Assembly (NCBI GenBank): GCA_021786945.1
Contig: JAJYMK010000001.1
Coordinates: 64,794 to 128,793 of the forward strand
DNA from: a bacterium
GTDB taxonomy: Bacteria; Patescibacteriota; Minisyncoccia; UBA6257; 02-FULL-45-10c
Direction: 5' to 3'
Length of the DNA stretch: 64,000 nucleotides
Below are positions 27,987-37,233 of this stretch, piece after piece. A model generated the notes under the pieces. The model was not told the DNA's origin. It did no database searches and saw only the letters and a list, made by a program, of their open reading frames with translations. Both the position numbers and the translations under genes were made by a program. Position 1 is the stretch's first letter. Each line of letters opens with the position of its first letter.

Positions 27987-30900
27987 TTATATCTTTCTTA
28001 TACCTATCCAGATTTTCTTACTATCAATTTCTGATATTATTTCTGCATTGAACTTATCTGATTTTTTAAGTTCAACCTCACTGGCGCCGACATCTTTCTT
28101 TAAAACGTCTTTATTGGCCTCAATAATCACTTCCAATTCTTTATCGGTTTCAATCATCAGATAAACCCTGTCTTTGGGTACAAAACCTCCCTCCTGCCTT
28201 AAATCCTGCACCATTCGCGCTAAATCCCTCATTAAGCCCTCTTCTTTCAATTCCTTGGTAATTATAGTATCCAGCTCTATTTCACCGCCTAATTGCAAAT
28301 TTACGGAAACTTCTTTTACGTTCACTTCCTCCTTAATTAAATCCATAAATTCACCGTCTTTTATAGAAAGTTTTTTAGTGTTTATTTCCAATTTTGCTAA
28401 TGGCTGCCTGACTTTAATTTTCTTTTCGGCTCTTAACGCCAAAGCCAAACTGGCAATGCGCCTAGCCTCCTCCATTTTTTCAATTATTTCGTTATTGGTA
28501 AATTCTTCATTAATTACCGGCCAGTCTTCAAGATGTACGGAAAGCTTAAGATTTTTTTCGTCCAAAGATTTATATAAAGCCTCGGCAAAAAATGGAGCAA
28601 ATGGAGCAATGAGTTTGCTTATTTCCAAAAGACAATAATATAAAACAGCTGAGGCTCTTTCTAAATCATCTTTACTTTCCGCTTTCTGGAATCTGCGCCT
28701 AGATCTGCGGATATACCACCTGGATAAGTCGTCGGTAAAACTCTCAATTCCCTTACAAGCGTAATTTACATCGTATTTTTCCAAACTGATGGTAGTTTCG
28801 GAAACAACTTTATTTAATCTGGCTAAAATCCATCGGTCTATCAGATCAAAATTTGAAATATTTCCGGATAATTTTTTACCTAACAATCCATATGTTTCCA
28901 AAAATACAAAAGAGTTGAAAATTATTGCAATAAATCTGCGGTAAGCCTTGCCCAAATCCATTTCGTCGAATTTCTTGTATTCCGCAGGGGGATTGATGGT
29001 ATAAAAATACCAGCGGACAATATCTGATCCATATTTATTTATCATATCCCACGGACTTACTACGTTACCCTTTGATTTAGACATTTTTTGTCCATTTTTA
29101 TCCAAAACCAAACCCAAAGTAATGACATTCAAATAAGACGGGCCTAAACCCAAAGCCGTGGAAATAGCCAGAAGCGTATAAAACCATCCCCTAGTCTGAT
29201 CAATGCCCTCGGAAATATAATCGGCCGGAAATTGAATATTTGTTTTTATTTTATTCAAATCCAACTGCTCGGATTTTTTGACTCCGGATTCAAACGGATA
29301 ATGATATTGGGCATAAGGCATGCAGCCCGAATCAAACCAAACATCAGCCACCTCTTTCACCCTGCTCATCCTTCCTCTACATTTCCTGCATTTCAAATAA
29401 ACGCTATCCACATAAGGTTTATGTAAATCCAATTCAAAGGTAATGGTATTGTATGGGTAGTTATTGAATTTTACTTTTCTGATTTCAGCGATATCAATAT
29501 AAGGAGCTTTTAATGTTTCTTCATCGGATAATCCGTTCATTGAATTTTCCAATATCCAAAGAGGGTCGCCGTGTCCGGTAATCAAAATATTTTTATTACT
29601 ATATTTGGCATTAATATCAATCATAAAATCCATCACGCGTTTTCGGACATCGGTCAGAGTTTCCCCGCCAGCCGGAGCCTTCACGAATCTTTCCATTTCA
29701 TTTTCGAAAAACTTATGAAAATCGGATACCAAACGTCCGTTAAACATACCTACTTGAAGCTCGCCTAATCTTTTATCAATCACAATTTTTGCCCCGAATT
29801 TTTTGGCGGCAATTTTGGCGGTTTCTTTTGCGCGTGCATAAGGTGAAGAAATAATAAGATCAATTTTTTTCTTGCCTAATTGCTTGGCTAATTTGACCAC
29901 AGACTCGGCAACCTGTTCTTTGCCCTTCTCAGTTAAATGAGAAGTGTTGTTTTTAGTTTCAACCCCGGAAGCAATAGTCCCAGCCTGTACATGATTAGCC
30001 TCGCCGTGCCTCAAAAGCCAGAAATTATTTTCCGAATATCTGAGTTTATTAAAATCCTCAAGCCCGCCAACAACTTCAGTATTTTCACATTTATCACACT
30101 GCCAAATCGGAAGCGGAGTTCCCCAATATCTGTCTCGAGAAATAGCCCAATCCTTAATTTCCCTGAGCCATTCACCGAATCTTCCTTCTTTAATATGCTC
30201 CGGTACCCAATTTATTTTCTGGTTATTTTCCAAAAGCTTATCTCTTAATTTTGACATCTCTATAAACCAGGAAAACTTGGCAAAATACAAAAGCGGATTA
30301 GAGCATCTCCAGCAATGTGGATATTCATGCTCCACCGTTCCCGAACTGTACAGAATATTTCTCTCGGCTAAATTGGCGATAATATCCTTGTCGGCCTGCT
30401 TTACAAATTTTCCGGCACCAGGAAGACCCTTAGCCACAATACCCCTCTCATCGATAGTAATTGGGGCTTTTTTTGCCAGATCTTTAACTTCTTTTTTGAT
30501 TAAATTAAAATCATCTTCTCCAAAAGCCGGAGCGATATGGACCATGCCGGTTCCGTCTTCGGTAGAAACAAAATCAGCAGCTTTTACCGAGAAAAAACTC
30601 TTTTCTTTCTGGGCTATAGCAATTTTAAACAAAGGCTCATATTTCAAACCAACCAGTTTAAATCCGGAAATTTTTTCGACGGCTTCTATCTCGACACTTT
30701 CTTTTTCCGGAGGCGGATTATAGGCCCAGACAAATTCCTTTCCGACTTTATATTTTGTATATGTAAGCTTCGGGTTCACAGCCACAGCTACGTTAGACGG
30801 CAATGTCCATGGTGTAGTGGTCCAAACCAAAAGATATTCATTTTTCCTGCCTTTTATTTTAAATTTTATGAAAACCGATGGGTCGCTGACTTTTTTATAA

Positions 30901-31493
30901 GCTCCCGGCTGAGCCAATTCGTGACTGGAAAGCGGAGTCTGGCATCGCGGGCACCACGGCACAATTTTAAATGATCTGGTAAGTAATTTTCTGTTTGAAA
31001 TCTGCTTCAACACCCACCACAAACTTTCAATATAAGAATTATGATATGTAACATAAGGATTTTTCAGATCCAGCCAAAAAGCCACTCTGTCCGTAAGTTT
31101 TTCCCATTCATCCTTATATTTCCAGACCGAAGCCTTGGCTTTTTCGTTGAATTCGGCAACGCCAAATTTTTCGATATCATGCTTTCCCTTGAAACCAAGC
31201 TCTTTTTCTACTTCAATTTCCACCGGCAATCCATGCGTATCCCAACCCGCTTTCCTACTAACAAAATAACCCTTCATTGTTTTATATCGGGGTATCACAT
31301 CTTTAAAAGCGCGGCCCAAAACATGGTGAATGCCCGGCCTACCATTGGCGGTCGGCGGACCTTCAAAAAAATTATAGGCTTTAGCGCCCTCCCTTTGTTT
31401 TAAAGATTTTTCGAAAATCTGATTTTCTTTCCAAAATTTCAATACTTTTTCCTCAAGTTCCGGTAATTTAAATTCTTTTATTTTTCTTAACAT
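27987..31493 (-). CDS. ileS: Isoleucine--tRNA ligase (type 2) with inserted histidine-phosphatase domain
   Basis: EGPPTANG.PGIHH, GWDTHGLPVE, WTTTPWT, DQTRGWF and KMSKS motifs; the insert carries RHG...GHG. Confidence 0.95.
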   Translation of the reverse strand: MLRKIKEFKLPELEEKVLKFWKENQIFEKSLKQREGAKAYNFFEGPPTANGRPGIHHVLGRAFKDVIPRYKTMKGYFVSRKAGWDTHGLPVEIEVEKELGFKGKHDIEKFGVAEFNEKAKASVWKYKDEWEKLTDRVAFWLDLKNPYVTYHNSYIESLWWVLKQISNRKLLTRSFKIVPWCPRCQTPLSSHELAQPGAYKKVSDPSVFIKFKIKGRKNEYLLVWTTTPWTLPSNVAVAVNPKLTYTKYKVGKEFVWAYNPPPEKESVEIEAVEKISGFKLVGLKYEPLFKIAIAQKEKSFFSVKAADFVSTEDGTGMVHIAPAFGEDDFNLIKKEVKDLAKKAPITIDERGIVAKGLPGAGKFVKQADKDIIANLAERNILYSSGTVEHEYPHCWRCSNPLLYFAKFSWFIEMSKLRDKLLENNQKINWVPEHIKEGRFGEWLREIKDWAISRDRYWGTPLPIWQCDKCENTEVVGGLEDFNKLRYSENNFWLLRHGEANHVQAGTIASGVETKNNTSHLTEKGKEQVAESVVKLAKQLGKKKIDLIISSPYARAKETAKIAAKKFGAKIVIDKRLGELQVGMFNGRLVSDFHKFFENEMERFVKAPAGGETLTDVRKRVMDFMIDINAKYSNKNILITGHGDPLWILENSMNGLSDEETLKAPYIDIAEIRKVKFNNYPYNTITFELDLHKPYVDSVYLKCRKCRGRMSRVKEVADVWFDSGCMPYAQYHYPFESGVKKSEQLDLNKIKTNIQFPADYISEGIDQTRGWFYTLLAISTALGLGPSYLNVITLGLVLDKNGQKMSKSKGNVVSPWDMINKYGSDIVRWYFYTINPPAEYKKFDEMDLGKAYRRFIAIIFNSFVFLETYGLLGKKLSGNISNFDLIDRWILARLNKVVSETTISLEKYDVNYACKGIESFTDDLSRWYIRRSRRRFQKAESKDDLERASAVLYYCLLEISKLIAPFAPFFAEALYKSLDEKNLKLSVHLEDWPVINEEFTNNEIIEKMEEARRIASLALALRAEKKIKVRQPLAKLEINTKKLSIKDGEFMDLIKEEVNVKEVSVNLQLGGEIELDTIITKELKEEGLMRDLARMVQDLRQEGGFVPKDRVYLMIETDKELEVIIEANKDVLKKDVGASEVELKKSDKFNAEIISEIDSKKIWIGIRKI

Positions 31494-31548
31494 ATTCTTA
31501 TATATTAATAAAAAAACCACCTTATGAAAAGGCGGGTTTTTTATATTT

Positions 31549-33264
31549 CTACATCCTCTCAGGAACTTTTATTCCTAGAATTTCTAAACCATTTTTCATA
31601 ATCTGCATAAATGCCAAAGTTAAAGCTAATTTATACGGAGAAAATTCGTCTTTCTTGTTTACGATTTTTACTTTAGCGTAATAAGCATTGAATACCCTGC
31701 TAAGCTCTATTAAATATGTAGCAATGTAATGCGGAGCCAATTCCTTCCCGGATCTTTCAACTACTTCAGAAAATCGGCAAATCATGCTTTCCAATTCGGA
31801 AACTTCATTCGGCATTAATTTTAATGCCGGCTTCACCTTTTCTTCTTTGGCTTTTTCCAAAACAGATTTGGCACGCGTATAGGCATATTGCAAATACGGC
31901 CCGGAATCGCCTTCAAAGGAGATGGATTTTTCAAAATCAAAAATAATATCCCCTCCTATTGCCTGCCTCAAAATCGAGTATTTTACAGCACCAATAGAAA
32001 CAACTTCTTTAATTTCTTTTTTTTCTTTTTCTGTTAATTTCTGGCCTGAGATTTTTTCTTCAACCAATTTTTCAACTTCAGCTATTAAAGATTCAGCCGT
32101 AATAATATTTCCTGCACGCGAAGACATTTTTCCGCTGGCAAAACGAAGCATGCCGTGTCCGATATGCCTGGAAATCTTGGCATACTCCGGAAAAATAAAT
32201 TCCAACGCCTTAAAAACCACCCTGAAATAATCATTTTGTTCATTGGCGGTCACAATCAAAGATGACGTCAATCTTTTTTCCAAACCCATCTTCTTTTTAG
32301 CCAAACCCAGATCCTTTGTTTCGTAGGTCGGTAAACCCTGGGAATTTATAAATACACGCGTATGAAGGCCATATTTATCGCCCGGGAAAATCACTGCACC
32401 GCTACTCTCTTCAAAAACTTTTTCTCGTCCTAAGTTTACCGAAGGATTCAAAAATTCTCTGACAATTTTTTCGCCATCGGAAATAACCGAAGATTCCAAA
32501 ATAATATGGTTAAATTTTGTGCCAAGTTTTTTATAAACCTCGTCAAAATGAGCCAAGCTCCACTTTTTTCCTTTTTCGTAAAAACGATTTATTTCTTTGT
32601 CAGACTTTTCGAAAACTTTTTTGTTTATTTCTTTTATTTCTCCGGCCGCAGCCTGATTATCTTCATATTTTTGGGAACCCAAAACATAGGACTTTCCCAG
32701 AAAAGCAATTTTTTCTTCCAATTTAGCACTGTCTTTAGGAAAATTTTCCTTATCCTGTAAAATCCCCCAGATTGTTTTTGCCACATGAAGGCCGACATCA
32801 CCCTGATAGCAAACTCTTATAACTTTTGCCCCATTCCATTCAAAAACTCTGCAAAGCGATTCGCCAATAGCATTACTCATCAAGTGTCCTATATGAAACT
32901 CCTTGAAAGGATTAGGGTCGGTATAGTCCAACATAATTTTCTGTCCTTTCAGATTGCTGTTTTTACCGTATTTATCCTTATTTTTTAAGATAATTGGCAA
33001 TTCACTCTGAAAAAATTCCGGTTTCATCCAAAAATTTATGAATCCCGGAGCTGCGGCTTCCACTTTTTCGATATATTCATTTTTAGAAAGTTTTTCCGCC
33101 AATTCTCCGGCTATTTCCAAAGGAGATTTTTTCTGTATTTTAGAAAGCTTAAAAGCAACATTTGAAGAATAATGCCCAAAACCAAACTTCTCCGAAGCCG
33201 ATACTCCCATATCGATATCTTCCTTAATCACCTCTTTTAGTATTTTGACTATTCTTTCAGTCAT
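31549..33264 (-). CDS. argS: Arginine--tRNA ligase
   Basis: PGFIN, PNP.K.FHIGH, KMSSR.G and GDSGPYLQY motifs. Confidence 0.95.
   Translation of the reverse strand: MTERIVKILKEVIKEDIDMGVSASEKFGFGHYSSNVAFKLSKIQKKSPLEIAGELAEKLSKNEYIEKVEAAAPGFINFWMKPEFFQSELPIILKNKDKYGKNSNLKGQKIMLDYTDPNPFKEFHIGHLMSNAIGESLCRVFEWNGAKVIRVCYQGDVGLHVAKTIWGILQDKENFPKDSAKLEEKIAFLGKSYVLGSQKYEDNQAAAGEIKEINKKVFEKSDKEINRFYEKGKKWSLAHFDEVYKKLGTKFNHIILESSVISDGEKIVREFLNPSVNLGREKVFEESSGAVIFPGDKYGLHTRVFINSQGLPTYETKDLGLAKKKMGLEKRLTSSLIVTANEQNDYFRVVFKALEFIFPEYAKISRHIGHGMLRFASGKMSSRAGNIITAESLIAEVEKLVEEKISGQKLTEKEKKEIKEVVSIGAVKYSILRQAIGGDIIFDFEKSISFEGDSGPYLQYAYTRAKSVLEKAKEEKVKPALKLMPNEVSELESMICRFSEVVERSGKELAPHYIATYLIELSRVFNAYYAKVKIVNKKDEFSPYKLALTLAFMQIMKNGLEILGIKVPERM
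32425..32446 (-). repeat. Degenerate PSTSSG-type short element in frame within argS
   Basis: TCGTCCTAAGTTTACCGAAGGA, 15/22 identical to 56139-56160; encodes part of NPSVNLGR. Confidence 0.45.
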
Positions 33265-33377
33265 AATTAAATATTATCAGAAATTTAGCCAAATATCATT
33301 ATTTTAAATATTTATTGACATATTTTTATTAGAGGAATAGCATTTAAATTAGTTATTTCAATCTTTACGGAGGGTTT

Positions 33378-33539
33378 ATGGAAATAAGGAAAAAGGTTAA
33401 ATGCAGATGCGGGCGCAAACTGACCCGCGTTTTCTGCGCCGACAACGAAACCACCCAGGTTTACTTCGTCGGCAAGAAAAAAGGAGAGGTCATAAAGAAG
33501 TGCCCTGGATGCAAAAAATCACTTAAGGGGTTGATATGA
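33378..33539 (+). CDS. Small zinc-ribbon-like protein (53 aa, absent from the ORF track)
   Basis: MEIRKKVKCRCGRK...CPGCKKSLKGLI*; SD GGAGGG; TTGACA at 33315; ATGA overlap with the next gene. Confidence 0.65.
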   Translation: MEIRKKVKCRCGRKLTRVFCADNETTQVYFVGKKKGEVIKKCPGCKKSLKGLI

Positions 33540-33991
33540 AAGAAATAGAAAATATGACCCTGCTCCTGATGTTGGTGATAATCATGCTCTTCGTTGCTAC
33601 GAGCGGTATGAAAATCGCCAAAAAGGTCACTTTATTGATGCTGGGTCTTATAGTAGCTCTCTGGCTCTGCGGATGCCAGATGATGCAAAAAAAGACCTTC
33701 GTCCATAAAGGGTACGTATGCTATACCAACGCAACCATCATGGAAGTTAAAAACTCCCGCGAACAGCTGAAGTTTATGGGGGCGGCGGTAAAGCCTGAAA
33801 AAAAGAAGATGTGCGACACAGTCCTGCGGACCGATCAGAACGAAATGATGACGGCTTCACGTGAAGGCTACGTGGAATGTTCCACCAACACGGTGAACGG
33901 ACGCGTAACTGTCTACACCTTCAATAATCAGGTAATAGGCATAAATGACAGCCCTGATCCCTACCTCGAAGAAAACAACGCCAATAAATAG
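33536..33991 (+). CDS. Hypothetical membrane/lipoprotein-like protein
   Basis: Hydrophobic N-terminus ending LCGC; terminator at 34005-34034. Confidence 0.6.
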   Translation: MKEIENMTLLLMLVIIMLFVATSGMKIAKKVTLLMLGLIVALWLCGCQMMQKKTFVHKGYVCYTNATIMEVKNSREQLKFMGAAVKPEKKKMCDTVLRTDQNEMMTASREGYVECSTNTVNGRVTVYTFNNQVIGINDSPDPYLEENNANK

Positions 33992-34139
33992 AGGGTGGCG
34001 CCTCAAAAAAAGTCCCGGAAGTTCGGGACTTTTTATTTAAAATAAGATATATTAAAAGTAAATTATATGCCAGGCAGTATAAATTCGGCCTTGCCTGGCG
34101 GCAATTTATAATTCATAGCCGAATTTCTACTGACCCGGT

Positions 34140-34583
34140 ATGGCTCAACCAATTATAGAAAATAGAAAAGCCAGATTTGAATATGAAATTTTGGAAACCT
34201 TTGAAGCGGGCTTGGTTTTGACCGGCCAAGAGGTTAAATCCATAATTTCCGGAAAGGCCAATATCGGAGCCGCGTTTGTATTGGTCAGGCCAAGCGGAGC
34301 CGAGCTGGTAAATTTCCAAATTTTGCCCTACCAGCCCAAAAACCAAGGCGGTAATTTTAAAGAAGACAGACCAAGAAAATTATTGCTTCACAAAGACCAA
34401 ATAGACTATTTAATAGGCAAATCCAAAGAAGGGGGCTTAGCCATCATTCCATTGACAATTTACAGAAAAAACAGCAAAATCAAGCTAGCTATCGGCTTAG
34501 CTAGGCATAAATCCAAACGCGACAAGCGTGAAACAATCAAAAAACGTGAAACGCAGAGAGAAATAAAACGCGTAGTCGGATAA
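34140..34583 (+). CDS. smpB: SsrA-binding protein
   Basis: NRKARFEY, EAGLVLTG.EVKS, RKLLLHK and DKRE motifs. Confidence 0.95.
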   Translation: MAQPIIENRKARFEYEILETFEAGLVLTGQEVKSIISGKANIGAAFVLVRPSGAELVNFQILPYQPKNQGGNFKEDRPRKLLLHKDQIDYLIGKSKEGGLAIIPLTIYRKNSKIKLAIGLARHKSKRDKRETIKKRETQREIKRVVG

Positions 34584-34589
34584 ATAAAT

Positions 34590-34961
34590 GGGGGCGCTGG
34601 GCTTCGACGGTCATTGAAAAATTAGAATCGAACTGAAGCGTGGAACTTCGTTAAAATCCACAAACAGAAAAGTGCAAACTTTTCCTCAAAGTTAAGAATG
34701 CCAGCAATGGCATTTGCCTAACTTCCACGACATTTAATGTTGTGGCATCCAAGCGCTTGATGCTCGCTAGAGCTGTCTTGGGTGTTATATAAGCGAGATG
34801 CTTTCTTATTGCTCCCGCCAATAGGAATTAAGACTTGTCGGGATAGGTTAAAAAGTTTTCGCCAAACTTTCTACTTTTTAACCCAATTTAAGTTTGGCTA
34901 CGTTCGTACCAGTTCTAATCCGTAAATGATTCGGATGCGGGTTCAACTCCCGCCGTCTCCA
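34590..34961 (+). ncRNA. ssrA: tmRNA; tag peptide ANFSSKLRMPAMAFA* at 34674-34721
   Basis: 5' GGGGGCG...TTCGAC; 3' GCGGGTTCAACTCCCGCCGTCTCCA; directly after smpB; tag ends AFA. Confidence 0.93.
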
Positions 34962-35077
34962 CAAATTTAATAAAATAAATACCCAAAATTGGTTTATTTT
35001 TATTTAAATAAAGGCTTGGATATAAAATAAGCGGACACTCTAGACAAATCAATAAAAATCCATTAATATTTACTTCA

Positions 35078-35575
35078 TTGGTTAGAATAAACGAAAAAAT
35101 AAATGTTAGAGAAGTAAGAGTGATTGATGACACAGGCGCTAATTTAGGCGTTCTTGAAACATCTGAAGCTCTTAGGCTAGCCAAAGAAAAGGGTTTGGAT
35201 TTGGTAGAAATTTCCCCCATGACCAATCCTCCGGTAGCAAAAATTATTAGTTTTGATAAATATCGCTATCAGGAAGAAAAGAAATTGAAAAAACAAAAAG
35301 CCCAACAAAAAACTCAGGAGATGAAACAAGTTCAGATAAGCGTAAGAGAAGCTGAACATGACCTGGGTGTAAAAGCTACAAGAGTTAATAAATTCTTGGA
35401 TGAAGGGCATAGAGTAGAAATACTTTTGAACCTTCGCGGCAGAGAAAAAGCCCATCAAGATCTGGCTAAACAAAAATTGAGGGATTTTACCAAAATAGTA
35501 AATCCAGAACACAAAATACTTTCGGATATAAAATGGACGGGGCGAGGATTCAATATATTAATAGTAAAAAAATAA
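35078..35575 (+). CDS. infC: Translation initiation factor IF-3 (non-AUG start)
   Basis: RINEKI..REVRVI, GLDLVEI and PPVAKI motifs. Confidence 0.93.
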   Translation: MVRINEKINVREVRVIDDTGANLGVLETSEALRLAKEKGLDLVEISPMTNPPVAKIISFDKYRYQEEKKLKKQKAQQKTQEMKQVQISVREAEHDLGVKATRVNKFLDEGHRVEILLNLRGREKAHQDLAKQKLRDFTKIVNPEHKILSDIKWTGRGFNILIVKK

Positions 35576-35579
35576 ATTT

Positions 35580-35771
35580 ATGAGAAAAAGTTTTGCAAAA
35601 AGAGTAAGAATAACAAAAACCGGCAAAATGATGAGGCGTAAAATGGCTCAGGACCATTTTAGAGCCAACAAATCAGGGAAGCAAATACAAAGAAAAAGAG
35701 GAGCTTTGAGTACAAAGAAGGTTGATATCAAAGCCTTTCATGAATTAAAACATAAAGGAGTATTAAAATAA
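35580..35771 (+). CDS. rpmI: 50S ribosomal protein L35
   Basis: KR.RITKTGK motif; located between infC and rplT. Confidence 0.9.
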   Translation: MRKSFAKRVRITKTGKMMRRKMAQDHFRANKSGKQIQRKRGALSTKKVDIKAFHELKHKGVLK

Positions 35772-35775
35772 TTTT

Positions 35776-36120
35776 ATGCCAAGAACAAAAGGAGGCGTAT
35801 TGACCGCCAAAAAAAGAAAAAAAGTTTTAGCTTATACTAAAGGATTTAGATGGGACAGAAAAACCAAGAAGAGAGCCGCTATGGAAGCTTTGCTCCATGC
35901 CTGGACTCATGCATATAGAGGTAGAAAACAAAAAAAGCGTGATTATAGAACCCTCTGGAACGTCAAAATAAATGCCGCCGCCAGAGAATCCGGAGTTAAA
36001 TATAGTGTTCTTATTAATAAACTTAAGAAAGCTGATATCAAACTCGACAGAAAAATTTTAGCCGATCTCGCCAGGAATAATCCTCAGGTTTTCGCTAAAG
36101 TGGTTGCTAAAATAAAATAA
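35776..36120 (+). CDS. rplT: 50S ribosomal protein L20
   Basis: RKQKKRD.R.LW..KINAA and LDRKILADLA motifs. Confidence 0.95.
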   Translation: MPRTKGGVLTAKKRKKVLAYTKGFRWDRKTKKRAAMEALLHAWTHAYRGRKQKKRDYRTLWNVKINAAARESGVKYSVLINKLKKADIKLDRKILADLARNNPQVFAKVVAKIK

Positions 36121-36172
36121 ATTATACAAAAAACCTCCGCCATTAAACGGAGGTTTTTGTTATTATTAATGT

Positions 36173-36706
36173 ATGGATAAAAAAATAACAAAAGATCTGT
36201 TTATTATAGCCTTCAGCATCGTTGTTGCAATAATTTTGGTTAAATCCAATGCAATAACAACATTAATCAATTCAACAAAAGAATACGAGATTTTGGCCGG
36301 ATTTATTTCTGGAATTTTTTATACTTCAATATTTACCGTAGTCCCCGCATCAGCAACTATTATAGAGATAGCCCAAAAATTCGATCCTTTTTTTCTAGCA
36401 TTTATCGGTGGCTTCGGCGCCCTTCTCGGAGATTATATAATTTTTAAATATATACGTGATAATATTTCTGGATATATTGCTGCAATAGCCAAAAAAATAA
36501 GACGCGAATCTGTTTTGGAATCAAAACTATTCAGCTGGTCTTTTTCTTTAATTGGCGCAGTAATAGTTGCTAGTCCACTCCCCGATGAAATCGGATTGGC
36601 CCTGATGGGAATAACAAAAATGAGGACTATTTATTTCGTCCCCATTTCATATATTTTAAACTTTATCGGAATTTTAGTTCTGGCCCTTATAGGTAAAGTT
36701 GTCTAA
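36173..36706 (+). CDS. Membrane protein (VTT/DedA-like)
   Basis: GA..GD and ASPLPDE motifs with multiple TM segments. Confidence 0.7.
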   Translation: MDKKITKDLFIIAFSIVVAIILVKSNAITTLINSTKEYEILAGFISGIFYTSIFTVVPASATIIEIAQKFDPFFLAFIGGFGALLGDYIIFKYIRDNISGYIAAIAKKIRRESVLESKLFSWSFSLIGAVIVASPLPDEIGLALMGITKMRTIYFVPISYILNFIGILVLALIGKVV

Positions 36707-37209
36707 ACTGATTTTCTGCCCTGATAATTATTTCTGGTGTTTATCAGGGGTTTTCTATAATTATTTCTGGCATTCGCCTTTCTTACAAGATAATCATTAG
36801 CTTTTTTAAGTATAAATTTACTATTGTGGTGTTTTAATAACTTAACCGCGTCTTTATAAAGGAACCAGCCATAACCTTCATGTTCACTGGATAACTTTAT
36901 ATCAGCTTGGTTAGTTTGGGCTAAATAAAAAACAACAATCTTAAAAATCTTATTACCTTCGCGCTGATAAATATATCTATCGGATTCTTTAAAATCTCTC
37001 TCCATCCTTAGATTGCCAGGCAAAATTCCGGCCTCTTCGCCAGTCTCTCTTAAAGCCGCCTCGAAACTTCTCTCGTCTTGTTCTAGTTTTCCTTTTGGAA
37101 AATTCCAATATCCCCTGCCGTGATAAAGCAATAAATATTTTGTTTCCACTTTCCCATCACGATCTTTTATTCTTTTATAAATAACGATTCCGGCTGATAT
37201 TTCCCTCAT
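36703..37209 (-). CDS. NUDIX hydrolase (Ap4A hydrolase-like)
   Basis: SAG, W.FPKG.LE..E....AALRETGEEAG and LS.EH motifs. Confidence 0.9.
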   Translation of the reverse strand: MREISAGIVIYKRIKDRDGKVETKYLLLYHGRGYWNFPKGKLEQDERSFEAALRETGEEAGILPGNLRMERDFKESDRYIYQREGNKIFKIVVFYLAQTNQADIKLSSEHEGYGWFLYKDAVKLLKHHNSKFILKKANDYLVRKANARNNYRKPLINTRNNYQGRKSV

Positions 37210-37233
37210 AAAAATAAAAATGTCTTAGTAATA

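Noticed and set aside
34950-35080. Element integrated at the tmRNA 3' end
   Set aside because: No integrase and no duplicated ssrA end nearby; infC follows directly.
34915-35226. 103-aa minus-strand ORF
   Set aside because: Antisense to infC and the tmRNA 3' end.
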